Of a stretch of 64,000 nucleotides of DNA, positions 14,549 to 29,369 are shown one piece after another. A model generated the notes under the pieces. It searched no databases. It saw nothing but the letters and a program-made list of their open reading frames with translations, and was not told the origin of the DNA. Made by a program: the position numbers and the translations under genes. The stretch is from the human T2T-CHM13v2.0 reference genome, Homo sapiens, in assembly GCF_009914755.1 (NCBI RefSeq), contig NC_060947.1. One strand, 5' to 3'. Within the stretch, counting starts at the first letter, position 1. The number at the start of each line of letters is the position of its first letter.

Positions 14549-16369
14549 TTTTTTTTTTTTTTTTTTAATTACTTTAAGTTCCGGGATATATGTGCAGAAC
14601 ATGCAGGTTTGTTACATAGGTATACATGTGCCATGGTGGTTTGCTGCACCTATTAACCCATCATCTAGGTTCCCTCCCCTCACCTCCCCAACAAGCCCGT
14701 GTGTGATGTTCCCCTCCCTGTGTCCATGAGTTCTCATTGTTCAGCTCCCACTTATGAGTGAGAACATGTGGTGTTTGGTTTTCTGTTCCTGTGTTAGTTT
14801 GCTGAGGATGGTGGCTTCCAGCTTCATCCATGTCCCTGCAAAGGACATGACCTCATTTCTTTTTACGGCTGCATAGTATTCCATGATGTATATGTACCAC
14901 ATTTTCTTTATCCATTCTCTCATCGATGGGCATTTGGTTTGGTTCCTTGTCTTTGCTATTGTAAATAGTGCTGCAGTAAACATATGTGTGCATGTGTCTT
15001 TATGGTAGAATGATTTATATTCCTTTGGATATATGCCTAGTGTATTAGTACATTTTCATGCTGCTGATAAAGACATACCCAAGACTGGGAAGAAAAAGAG
15101 GTTTATTTGAACTTAGAGTTCCACATGGCTGGGGAGGCCTCAGAATCATCACAGGCACTTTCTGCATGGCAGCAGCAAGAGAAAATGAGAAAGATACAAA
15201 AGTGGAAAACCCCTGATAAAACCAACAGATCTTGTGAGACTTATTCACTACCATGAGAACAGTATGGGGGAAACCACCCCCATGATTCAAATTATCTCCC
15301 ACCAGGTCCCTCCCATAATACATGGGAATTATGGGACTAGAATTCAAGATGAGATTTAGGTGGGGACACAGAGCCAAACCATATCACCCAGTATTGGGAT
15401 TGCTGGGTCAAATGGTATTTCTGGTTCTAGATCCTTGAGGAATCAGCACACTGTCTTTCACAACGGTTGAACTAATTTACATTCCCACCAACAGTGTAAA
15501 AGCATTCCTATTTCTCCATAGCCTTGCCAACATCTGTTGTTTTGATTTGCATTTCTCTAATTATCAGTGGTGTTGAGCTTTTTTTCACATGTTTGTTGGC
15601 CGCATAAATGTCTTCTATTAAGAACTGTCTGTTCATATCCTTTGCCCAGTTTTTGATGGGGTTGTTTGTTTTTTTCTTGTAAATTCCTTGAAGTTTCTTG
15701 TAGATTCTGGATATCAGACCTTTGTCACATGGGTAGATTGCAAAAATTTTCTCCCGTTCTGTAGGTTACATGTTTACTCTGATGCTAGTTTCTTTTGCTG
15801 TGCAGAAGCTCTTTAGTTTAATTAGATCCCCTTTGTTCATTTTGGCTTTTGTTGCCATTGCTTTTGGTGGTTTTGTCATGAAATCTTTGCCCATGCCTAT
15901 GTCCTGAATGGTATTGCCTAGGTTTTCTTCTAGGGTTTTTATGGTTTTGGGTTTCACACTTAAGTCTTTAATCCATCTTGAGTTAATTTTTGTATAAGGT
16001 GTAAGGAAGGGGTCCAATTTTAGTTTTCTGCATATGGCTAGCCAGGTTTCCCAGCACCATTTATTAAATAGGGAATCATTTCCCCATTGCTTGTTTTTGT
16101 CAGGTTTGTCGAAGATCATATCGTTGTAAATGTGTGTTGTTATTTCTGAGGTCTGTGTTCTGTTCCATTGGTGTATATGTCTGCTTTGGTACCAGTACCA
16201 TGCTGTTTTGGTTACTGTAGCCTTATAGTATAGTTTGAAGTCAGGTACCATGATGCTTCCAGCTTTGTTCTTTTTGCTTAGGATTGTCTTAGCTATATGG
16301 GCTCTTTTTTGGTTCCATATGAAATTTAAAGTAGTTTTTTCTAATTCTATGAAGAATGTCAATGGCAGT
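14549..16369 (-). mobile_element. 5'-truncated L1PA7/8-like LINE (3'UTR and C-terminal ORF2), interrupted by a THE1 LTR
   Basis: Poly-T, L1PA 3'UTR, ORF2 peptides ([16 protein letters not shown]; MFTAALFTIAKT) in the ORF track. Confidence 0.93.
15041..15386 (-). mobile_element. THE1 (THE1C-like) solo LTR
   Basis: TGTATTAGT...GCTGCTGATAAAGACATACCC...GACACAGAGCCAAACCATATCA; 5-bp TSD CCTAG/CCCAG. Confidence 0.92.
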
Positions 16370-16678
16370 TTTGTTGTTGTTGTTGTTGTTGTTGTTGTTT
16401 TTGATGGGTTCTTGCTCTGTTGCTCAGACTGGAGTGCAGTGGTGTGATCTCGGCTCACCATGTCCTCTGCCTCCTGGGTTCAAGTGATTCTCTTGTTTCA
16501 GCCTCCCGAGTGGGGATTACAGGCATGTGCCACCATGCCTGGGTAATTTTTGTATTTTTAGTAGAGATGGATTTTTGACATGTTGGCCAGGCTAGTTAGT
16601 CTCGAACTCCTGACCTCAAGTGATCTGCTGGCCTCGGCCTCCCAACATACTGTGATTACAGGCATGAACCACTGTGCT
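16370..16678 (-). mobile_element. Alu with (TTG)n tail abutting the L1 5' truncation
   Basis: Alu consensus on minus strand. Confidence 0.92.
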
Positions 16679-16708
16679 AAATATGTATCTAAGGTGGCAT
16701 GAGTATAT

Positions 16709-17080
<372 letters not shown>

Positions 17081-17289
17081 TAGTTAATGTGACAATAGTA
17101 GTCTTTTGCAAGATAAAGATTATAAGTAGGTAACCATTTTAGCATTTGATGCACTTTACAGATTGCAAGCAATAATATGCTATAAATTTAGTTTTTATAA
17201 TAAGATCATGGTGTGTTAATAGATCATATTCTGTAGGATAGTTATAGAAAGTTTTTAAGTACTCTTTTAAGGCCAAGATTCATCAACCA

Positions 17290-18830
17290 TTTGCTTATCC
17301 TCTCACTATTTGCTGTAATTTGTCAGTATCCTTCACAATAAAAATAGATTATGACATACCTTGGGGGTTCAGTGAAGGTTAGGACAAGTTAGGGATCCAG
17401 GTAAAGCTTCAGAGAGGTGATGTAATCCCCTTGATGAGATTCCAGTAGATTAAGATCTTAGTATGGCTTGTGGGGGCTAGGCATGATAGGAGGAAGAGAA
17501 GAGGTTGGAATTCTAGGTAGAAAAAAACAATTAAACTGAGATATAAGGTAAAGAAAGTACAGAGTAAAGTACAGAGTAAATTTGAGGAGCAATAAGTAGT
17601 CCATCTTGGCTGAAGCATAGGATATGTGTATAGTACTGAGAGAAATCCTGTGGTGGAAGAAGTTTGAGACTATATCATAATGGCCTCGAATGCCATGTTA
17701 AGGATTTTCAATTTTATTTAGAAGGCTGAGGGGAGAGGATTGAAGAATTTTGAGTAGCAGAGGAATTTTATCAAGAGGTTGTTTTGTGATGATTGATAGG
17801 AATCATCATCATCATGATATGAATAAAATGGATAGAGTAAAAATTGAAGGTGGACCCCACTTATTATTAGGTTACTGCAGTAGTCCATGAAAGAAGAACC
17901 TAAACCAGAGTAGATGCAACTGACATTAGGAAGAAAGACTCAACAGTAATTTATATTTTTATGTGGCCAGGATATGATCAAAGACAATTCTGAGCCTGAA
18001 TAACTTGCTGAATAGGGATGCATTTTTTGCCTTTTTTAAAAAGAGGAGAGCAGTAGATTCAGAGAAAGGTTCCTGGCTTGGGGAGAAATTATTTTTGAAC
18101 TTCTCTGGTTTGAAGTATACATTGAGTATATAGCTAGAGTTGCTTAATAGGGAGATGAACATATGGTACTAGAATTAGAAGAAGGGTGGGTATCAGTAAT
18201 TACCTATTTTTGCAACTGTATCTACAAAGATAATAATTAAAATGATGAGATTAAAAGAGATCACTAGGGCAGAGAGTATAAGAAAGGAAGAAAGATAAGG
18301 AAAGAACTTTGGTGAATACCTCATTTAAATATAGAAATAAGAGTTATCAGAGAAGCTGGGTGGGGTATTTATGCCGAAGCAGTGTTTAGAAAACTTATGG
18401 AAGAGAAAATTTCAGGAAAGAAAGGGTTAATCAGCAATCTAAGTTTTTAAAAACTTTTGCGAATTTGTTTTTATTGGGGTATAAGACATGGGTTGGAAAA
18501 TGTCAGTTTGGGGTATGCACTTGTCTCCAGGAAATATCTATCCTCATCTTCCCGGGATGATTTTTGGAACTTTTTCTCTTTAATGGAGCTGCTCTTGCTG
18601 CCAGCACAAGTTCACTGCTGGCTGGCTCCTCCTTGGAAGATAATTTTCTCCTTTGTTTTGGAGACACTTAACAAGTGGATTAAGGATTTAAAAGTAGGTT
18701 ATTTGATTTGTTGGCCTAGGTTATATTGCTGATGCTGCAAGAATAATTTTAATAAAGTGGAAAGGACAAAGTTCATATTGTAAGGGGTTAAGTAGTTCCT
18801 AGGTGATAATTAAATGTAGTCAAATTTGTA
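17290..18830 (-). mobile_element. Degenerate L2 LINE fragments
   Basis: Purine-rich L2-like body (GGCCTCGAATGCCATGTTAAGGATTTT; GATGAGATTAAAAGAGATCACTAGGG); boundaries approximate. Confidence 0.55.
18456..18669 (-). pseudogene. NOP56: NOP56-derived processed pseudogene fragment (C-terminal codons plus 3'UTR)
   Basis: Minus strand reads TCCAAGGAGGAGCCAGCCAGCAGTG...CAAGAGCAGCTCCA...GAAAAAGTTCCAAAAATCATCCCGGGAAGAT...CCCCAATAAAAACAAATTCGCAA, matching the recalled NOP56 3' end (SKEEPVSS...KSSSKKKKKFHKASQED*, UTR ending CCCCAATAAAAACAAATTCACAA). Confidence 0.85.
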
Positions 18831-20309
18831 TAGATTGCAGTCTTTTCAAAAGTTTAACATTGCTTATTTTTGTCTTCATAATATTAAACCAGGTCTATCT
18901 AAAATTTTAATATCACATGCAAGAAGCATTATCATTTTGTAGCAGATTTTTAAAGCTGTTATTTCAGATTTTGAACTGATCAGCATGAGACAGATTTTCT
19001 TTAGAACCATTTTTGTTCTGGACAAAATTCAAGCTGGATATTACTGATTACTCTGAAATGCAAATAGTGCTATTTTGTTTTACAGCTATCATTTAAAAAG
19101 CCATGTACTCATTAAGATAAATATGTGCAGCATGAACAACAAAAAAATGAGAAAGAAAATGGACATTATTTGTATTTTGTAGGCTCTCTGATATGGAACT
19201 GAATGCACTAATCTTCAAATACTAATGAGCAGCAAAAAGCAATTTGCCAGTGCACAATTAACTTCTGACTGGCTTCTGTTGATATGTAGTGCTATAACCC
19301 CACACCAGGTGAACTTCCCATTTTTTGAGATTTTATTTGACCAGTATTTATAATTGTGGCCAAATAATGAGATGATTATTATGAAATAATGTTATGTTGG
19401 AGTAAATCATACTTACATGGAGCTCTTATTATAGTTTCTCTATTTAATTGTCTGCCACCAGGGCCTTGAGCTTTTATTTTCCTCTTTCCCCTTCTGCTCT
19501 TCTTGCCTTTTCCCATCATTGAAGAAACAAGGGCCTCCCTCTCAATTCTCAATTTGGAAACCTGCTAGTGGCATGTCTTAGTTACAAACACTGTGTTTTA
19601 TATCATGTGGTTATGTTCGTCACTTATCTCTTCTTTCTGTTAACTTTTATTCTATTACTGTGTCATGTCATTTATATGTATGTACGTGTAGATACATATA
19701 CATGCATATATATTTACATTCAGATATATATGCATCCCCCATGCATGCATACATATCATACAGTAGTGGAGAGGAGGTTGTAAAGCATAAAGTTTACCTG
19801 TTTTGCTCATGGTTTATTGAGGCAGATTTTGTCCCTTAGCTCAGATGAGAAAATCCCTACTCCACAGTCATAAGCTGAAATTCTCAATCCAGCCAGATAT
19901 TTTGCAAATGTGCCTCTGGTGCCTGGGGAGATTGAGTTAAAGCATATATGGCTCAGTGAGACCAATCATTGTGATTGGCAAATGAACTCAAAACACTATC
20001 TTAGTAATGTTAAGGCAGTTGGGAATTTTATTTCCACAACATGCAAACTAATACTCTGAATGAGTAGCAGATTGGAATATGGTAGGAAACTTTGAAATTG
20101 TGATTCTCAAATAATTTAGCCTAATGCTTGTTTCATAGAATTATGAAATCTTGTTTATTGTAAGGAACCTTAGAGGATCATCTAATTTAATCACTTTTTC
20201 TAATGCAGCGGCACGTTGTATAATACCCCTGAGAGGTAAATGTCCAATGACATGGAATTCCTTACTTTGTCTGGGCTCCTGCTGCATTGAAAATATATTC
20301 TTTGTACTT

Positions 20310-20607
20310 GGCTGGATGCGGTGGCTCACGCATGTAATCCCAGCACTTTGGGAGGCCGAGGCAGGTGAATCATTTGAGGTCAGAAATTTGAGACCAGCCT
20401 GACCAACATGGTGAAACCCTGTCTCTACTAAAAATATTTAAAAAAACAAAAAAAAAGAAAAAATGACCCAGGATTATAGGCACCTGTCACCAATCCCAGC
20501 TACTCATGAGGCTGAGGCACGAGAATCGCCTGAACCCAAGAGACAGAGATTGCAGTGAGCCAAAATTGCACCACTGCACTCTGGGAGACAGAGTGAGACC
20601 CTGTCTC

Positions 20608-20625
<18 letters not shown>
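20310..20625 (+). mobile_element. Alu (AluS-like)
   Basis: Alu dimer with an expanded A-rich linker and poly-A tail. Confidence 0.92.
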
Positions 20626-20638
<13 letters not shown>

Positions 20639-20834
20639 GTGTATATATATATATGTATATATATATGTGTATATATATATGTATATATATATGTGTATAT
20701 ATATATGTATATATATATGTGTGTATATATATATATGTATATATATATGTATATATATATGTGTATATATATATATGTATATATATATGTATATATATGT
20801 GTATATATATATGTGTGTGTATATATATATATAT

Positions 20835-20886
<52 letters not shown>
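20626..20886. repeat. Compound (TA)n/(TG)n microsatellite, about 260 bp
   Basis: Directly visible; ends in an uninterrupted (AT)24 at 20839-20886. Confidence 0.98.
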
Positions 20887-20889
<3 letters not shown>

Positions 20890-21049
20890 ACTTCTTCATA
20901 CTGAATTGAGATCTGTCCTCCTGTCAGCTCTCACTCAGTTCCACCATGGGGGCAATACAGAATCTGAGATTTATCTCTTCCTCATGACAGTTATTTAAAT
21001 ATTTGAAGCACTTTCCATTTTGTTTACTTTTCTAAAGTACTTTTCTATG

Positions 21050-22600
21050 GTACCTATGCATACTTTGTTAACCATTTCTTGATTGCTGACTCCTCCAGAA
21101 TGTTGGTTATTCTCTCTTACTTATTATAATTTGTCAATGCCCCTTCTAAAATGTCATATGTTATTTAACCTAATGCTTCAAATAAAGTTTTACCTTTGCA
21201 TGATACAATTGAACAATGCCTTATACATTGTAGGTTCAAAGGTCAAATCTTTGAAGTATAGGTTCCCATCCTAAATTATTGATGACAGTTTTTTAGCTTT
21301 TATAGTAATTGCATCTTGCTGTGAATGCATGTTGACTCTGTGGTCAACGAAAAACCTCATTCCTTTTTTTCTTTTATTTTTATAAACACAAACTGCAGTC
21401 AAGTTAGATTATCCCAAATCCCGGACCTATATAAATGATTTAAAAAAAACTAATTGTAAGATTTTCATTTATCCCTGATAAATTTAATTTTTGTTTGGTT
21501 TCAGTTCAGCACTGCTACCCATTACAAAATTTTGAATCCTGACTCTATCATCTAGCATATTCGCAGTCCCTTTGGGTTTTGTGTCATTTGTAAATTTAAC
21601 AAGTATACCTTCAAACAGCTTCTTTTAAGTCACTGATTTTTTTGAAAAAGGAACAAGAAATGCCTGCAACTAACTACCATAAACCTCCTACTGGTTGACA
21701 CCAATCTAATTATTAATAGCCTTTTAATTTAATTTTTAAACCAAATTAAAATCTACCCACCTGTACTAATATCCAGTTCTTATGCGTGTTCCTTTCCCAC
21801 AATGGTATCCACAGAGAATTTACCCAAAATAAAAATATGTTATGCATTTACTTTCCAGTTGATTTTCTCTAAGAAACAGTTGCCAGTAGTTTGGCATCAG
21901 TTATTTTACATAATCCATGCTACTTCTTGATTTTTAGCATGATGATTTATAAATTTATGAAGACTTTGGGCATACCCAAGCATGAGGCAGAGTTGGGAGT
22001 GCTTCATTTTCTTTAACACAATTGAGAAAAGTTGATATTTTTATCAAGACATTTGTTAAGGAAGAAACAGGGAAGGTATAAGAAATCTAAATAAACTGGC
22101 TTGCATACTACAGGATTCTAATCTCCCTCTAGCTAATGCAGCCTACAGGGCCTAGCCCATTCCACATAGAGACCTATGGAAAGTGAGGGGCTTTGCCTTG
22201 ACTCCTCATTTCCACTATTTTGGTCTGCTTCCATGTTTTGAGTGTCATTTGATACACATCATCCAAGATAATCAGTCTGGATTTTATGACTGTTGAATAT
22301 AGTACAAGAAAAGTTATGTCCTTTTGCCTGTTTACGTAAGGACCACTCTCTTAATTCCTGTTTCTAGAATGAAAGAAATGCCTTTTCTCAAGTTGATTGT
22401 TACCAGGAATGACTTCATATTGTTTGCGAGATTCCACTCTATCCATATGCTTGTGGCCTTTTCCCATACAGAGTCAATAGTATAGTAACTTAATACAACC
22501 TACTATCATGGAATTCATTTAGTAGGAATTATCAGTTTGTAATAACAGGGAATATGGGCACAAATTGCCACTTATTCTGGAGAAAGTGATGAGAATGTAT
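21050..22600 (-). mobile_element. L3/CR1 LINE relic (RT region)
   Basis: Minus strand near 21578-21609 translates GILVKFTNDTK, a decayed CR1 'LIKFADDTK' RT motif; flanks resemble L3; boundaries approximate. Confidence 0.65.
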
Positions 22601-22644
22601 TAGAGGAAGGAGTAGGGATTTAGGGATTGAAGACTAATTAAGTA

Positions 22645-22981
<337 letters not shown>

Positions 22982-25941
22982 TGATGAGTACCTTAACTAG
23001 TTTGTAGCAATGTGATTGAATTATAGACAGTTCGCTGGTAAAAATAGGCAAATGATAAAATATAAGAGACTGGGGAATATAATAATCAATATAAGTAAGG
23101 AGTTTTTGGAAATCAAAAATTAAGAGAACTAAAGTGTTTGTGTTACACTTGGGATCATATAAACAGAATGCTAATGAATGAATTGTAGGTTTTTAAGGGT
23201 TATTTTCCAAACTTAGCAAGGTAATTAACATATCATGCTAATACAAATATTAATAGAAATATAGATATACTTTGAGCAGCCTGCAGCCTACACCTACTTT
23301 CCTAGAGCTATTGAGGTTGGAGAGCAAGGTGAAAATGATGGGTTTAGATTTAGTTCTGGATTACTCTGGGTGAAGATTTTAAGCATGTAGTTAGAAGTTT
23401 TACCTGGAGAGATATTTGGAAGTTGCCAAAAAGATAATAGGTAAATTCAAAGAAAAGTCTTTGGAGTAGAAGACGAAGATTGCAGATAAAATCTTAGAGA
23501 ATAATGCCTACCTTTAGGATGGAGGTTGAAAAGAACTTGCCAAGAAAGAGTTACAAAAGAAAAGGAGGATAACCAAAATCTGTGCTTTATCTCAGGAGCC
23601 AAGAGAAGAAAGCATTTTTAGAATACTAGGGAGTAAAACAACACCATCAGTGTCCACAGAGAAATTGAGAAGAATAAGCTGCTATCAGGCCTTTAAGTTT
23701 GGTGGTGACATAGTTATGGAGATATTTCATAGAAGAGGTTGAGGAGACTGGGAAAGGTAGATTGGAAGGGCTCACTTAATAGAAGCAGTAGTGGAGGAAG
23801 CAGAAGCAATGGACCGTCCAATACGAATAGTCATGAAGGTAAGGAAAGAGCTTTACTGTTTCTTCTTCCCATTTAACTGATAGCTCAGTAGATAAAAAAG
23901 GAGAACAAGATAAACTTATTTGTTGAAAAATTACTAGAAGTTTGTTATATTGTTTAAATTGATTTCAACTTCAGACTGTTTAATAATAAGTACATAGTTT
24001 AACCACCATAGGAATGAATTTGAGTTCTTTGCTCTGTATAACTTTAATAACAGACAGATGTTAGTCTTTCAGCAAAGAAACAAAGGTTGTTCCCTAAATT
24101 ACTTTAGATTTACAATGCAATAGAGCATTTTAATTACATTCATATGTGCAGACTTTTAAAAAATAATTTTTAAATGGTTTATTATGGTAATAGAAGCACA
24201 TTTATGCCACATCATGCAACACGGAAAGCATATTCTCTCTGTTGAGTGGTGTAAAATGTTTGTGGCTTTTGCATCTCACATTTCTTGCTTTAGAAGTGCT
24301 ACTGTCATTTACATTCTCTAGTAATCCAATTGTGAATTTTATGGATATATATGAGCATGTGAGGACAGGGTGCCAGTGGAAAGCTAAGAAAAGGAGAAAG
24401 GTAAATAACAGCCAGAGAAGTTGGCAAGATTACTTTTTCTTCACCGTGCCAAGACAGCTATTTTAGCTGAAAATGAGGAGGATGGGAGGTGCACAGGAAT
24501 TTAGTTAGATATAGAAAGAGAAAAGCTGGGCAAATAATTCAGGTATGTAAGCAAGTTCAAGAGATGAATGAAGACATTATTCTGATGTCTGAAGAGCGGA
24601 GGTTAAAGGAAAGGTTGACTAACCAAAAAGCCTTATGTGAACCCAGGGTAATCAATAACTGCGCTTGATTAGAGGTCTTGTAGCAGTGGTATATAGAAGA
24701 ACAGAAGAAAGATGTGGCCCCCAAGGTCGTATTTACCAGAGAGAACAGTCTGAGAAACAAGCCACAAAAGAATTGGTCTATGAAGCTTTTCTCAGAATCA
24801 GTCGTCCCCCCCCCTCCCTCCCTCCCACCCTCCCTCTTCCCTTGCTAAGTAATGGCTGGACACTACAGAAGTACTGTATATTCCTGGGTTTATCTTAGGA
24901 TATGGATAGTGAATTACAAATGATATTTTAACCCATCTATTGCCATTGATATGTAAAACCATTTTCTTTATTAAAAATTGCCAATCCCTATGTCCAATAT
25001 TATAAAATTAATGTCTCTACTAAATGAAGAAAAAGGTTAAAAAATAAGAAGCAATTTTTAAAAAATCCCTCTTTTTGCCTAGCCAAAAAGAAAAAGAAAA
25101 CAAAAAGTGAGTAGGATTTATTGTGAGAAAATGTAACCTTTAAAGCTGGCATGCTGTTTGAGTTACCTGCCTCTGAAGGGCAAGGCCCTAGAGAGATGCT
25201 TAACTAGGCAGGTATGATGATTGCAGTGCCCTTAGGGCAAGAGCAAAGGCAGAGATTGTCAACACATAGGCAATAAAGGCTGCCTACTCAAACTCTGGGC
25301 ACTCTTACTTGGCTTGTTAAGTTGTATCCTACGTGCATGAGTGTTTTGGCTCAGGAGAAAAACTCTAGTGCTATTAGAAAATGTCTCTTTCACATAGACA
25401 GTATCAAAACGGCTTTATTAGTCTTAAATAATGAAAAAGTAGCAGAAACAGATTTAGAATTTAATCTCTTGGTTTCTAGGTTTCTCGTCACTTGCTTCAC
25501 CACTGATGATCTGCTCTGTTTTTCAACCAAATTCTTTGTGAATTCATGGCATTGGTAGCCCCATTCTTTGTGTTTGTACAATGCACTAGTCTCCAGAGTG
25601 TGCATTCCTTGAATGATAGAGGTTTTTAGTTATAGTGGCATGGGCCATCACTAGGGTAGATGAACAGATTTGTGATTCTAGGATATTACGCCAGTCCAGA
25701 TTGGGAAAAGTTTTCAAAGGTTTAAAGGTTTTTCTGCGGGCTGCCTTTGTTTCAGCAGAGTGGAGAGAATTTAAAAACATGTACCCTTAATAGGACCAAT
25801 AGAGTTTAAACTATATATTGTGTAACTTTTAGAAACTTTTCAAAGTACATATCTTAGCAACTTCAGAAGGATGACATAAGGGTCAGCCTCACTGGGGATG
25901 CTGTCCCATGTTGCTCCTTAGTTAGCAAGACATTGTAAATC

Positions 25942-26228
25942 GGCCAGGCATGGTGGCTCACGCCTGTAATCCCGGCACTTTGGGAGGCTGAGGTGGGTGG
26001 ATCACGAGTTCAGGAGTTCAAGACCAGCCTGGCCAACATGGTGAAACCCCATCTCTACTGAAAATACAAAAATTAGCCAGGTATGGTGTCAGGCGCCTGT
26101 AATCCCTGCTGAGGCAGAGAATTTCTTGAACCCGGGAGGCGGAGGTTGCAGTGAGCTGAGATCATGCCACTGTACTCTAGCCTGGGTGACAGAGTGAGAC
26201 TCCATTTCAAAAAAAAAAAAAAAAAAAA
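25942..26228 (+). mobile_element. Alu (AluSg-like)
   Basis: Alu dimer with a small internal deletion in the right arm. Confidence 0.93.
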
Positions 26229-26350
26229 TTCATAGGTACTGGACTCTAGAAGGTGAATCACTGCCAGTCCTTCCCCCAGTTCATTATCTGAAGTCACAAG
26301 GCAAAGTTCTTTCTCCTAATCCCATAAAGTCCTCGTCCTTTCCCCACCTA

Positions 26351-26767
<417 letters not shown>

Positions 26768-27383
26768 AAATAAAAAATTACACATTTGTTGGATTTGTTC
26801 CTTCAGAGTTCTTCCTTTTAAAATCTCTAGTGGGATAGATACTGAGAAAGCATTTTGTATCTTCCCTGGGAAGCAGGCTTAAGGAGAGTAGTCTCACTCT
26901 TCTCTCAGCTCTAGGAAAGTAGGTGTAGGCTGCAGGCTGCTCAAAGTATATCTATATTTCTATTAATATTTGTATTAGCATGATATGTTAATTACCTTGC
27001 TAAGTTTGGAAAATAACCCTTAAAAACCTACAATGCATTCATTAGCATTCTGTTTATATGATCCAAAGTATAACACAAACAAGATACTTTTTATACTTTA
27101 GTTCGCTTAATTTTTGATTTCCATAATATCGTCAGTTTATACTTAAATCTTAGGGAGACAAGGTAGAAGAAAGAAAAGTGACTGGATAGCAGCATGAGCT
27201 TTGCTGCCCTCCAAATAAGTGCTGAAAAGATGAGTATGAGTCTACTCTAATCATCTCAAAAGGAAGCAGTGAAAAACTGAACATTAGCATGTTCATGAAC
27301 CTAATAGTAAAATGGCCACACTGAAACAAGAATTTATCCCAGACAAGACTCTTTGCCTTACCACAATGAAAAATAAGTACTTT

Positions 27384-27711
<328 letters not shown>

Positions 27712-28350
27712 TCAAAAGTAGAAGTTCTCTTTATCTCTACCCCTAATGCCCAGTAATACCCTTAACACTAATACCTGCTTTTTAAATCCGTGCATATACC
27801 TATTTTGTAAAGCAAGAGAGTATCTAAATAGGAGTTGAGCCATAGAATGTAAGAGCTAGATGCGCCCTTAGATTCCATTTGCTAAAACACTGTTCTGTGA
27901 ACCAGTGTTAACCTGTGAAGTTTTCATCAGCCTGTAAATGATAATTTAAAACACACAGAAATTTAAGCTCAATGTATTCAGTATAAAGAACTACTCCTTT
28001 ATTCTGAGATTATTTCTTTTACATATTTTTTCATGATAAAATATCCTACTTTTATGAGATGACGGTGATGATAGATGGTAGGAATTTTCCTCTTAAAATA
28101 ATAGCCTAATTTGGCAGTATAAAAAGTGCCTCCCGATTTTTTGCAGTTTCTGAAACCCTAACACCTGAGAACAACTGGTCTAGTTTGATCTCCTTATTTC
28201 ATATTTGAGAAAAGTAAGGCCTAGGAGAAGTTAAGAGAGTTACTTAAGACTCACTACTAAGAAATCATGGAATTAAAACTAGAACCTACACATTCATATT
28301 CCTAGTCCACAGCTCTGAATAAAGCAACAAATTCCCTCTCTTTTTCCTAA

Positions 28351-28711
<361 letters not shown>

Positions 28712-29369
28712 TGAACTTTGTCAATTTTATTTTTCTTCTTTTACCAGATTTATACTTCCTATATTTTGATGTGCCAGTACTTCATTGGGTTACCTTCATT
28801 ATGCAGTTAATTTAGTTTCTCAAGCACATTTTAATTATTGATTTCTCTTATTTTATTAAAGTGAATTAAAGGTACATTTGTCTTGCCAAAAATTTAAGGC
28901 CTTTTATTGTCCTTGTACTAAGACTAAGTTATCTCCCAGTTGGTATCATTTAATAAAGACATTGATTGCATTCTACTTGGTTGCATTCTACTGGTGCTGG
29001 AAAAGCGATTTCATTTTCTGGTGAAGTTTTTGCTGACAAGTTGAATGGAAAATATACTTGTATAATACTTTTAATTACATGTTATATGCATTTATTTATT
29101 TTGCTCTTTAGCAGGATTTTAGCATCCTCACAAAATATTATATGACTCAAGGAACTACCTACTCACTTTGCTTTCTCTGCTGGAAGTAGGCAATCAAGCC
29201 AATTGGAAAATTTAAATCCGTGGATTATGGGTTCTAATTTCTGGCCTATAAATAAGTTAGTTTTGTCATAATATTATATATTTGTATAATACTTTATATA
29301 ATAAACACTTCTTTATTTCTTTTTGGTATTCAGTGTATCTTTTACATACATTGTCAGGCTTTGTTTTTT

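Noticed and set aside
15766-16461. 231-aa ORF, the longest in the track
   Set aside because: An Alu (CAA)n tail read into an L1 ORF2 fragment; no promoter or true start.
20487-20998. Five overlapping Tyr/Ile-rich ORFs
   Set aside because: Artefacts of the stop-free (TA)n microsatellite.
29112-29190. Acceptor-like TTTTGCTCTTTAGCAG with downstream GAA|GTAGGC
   Set aside because: The donor is weak; such sites are common by chance in AT-rich introns.
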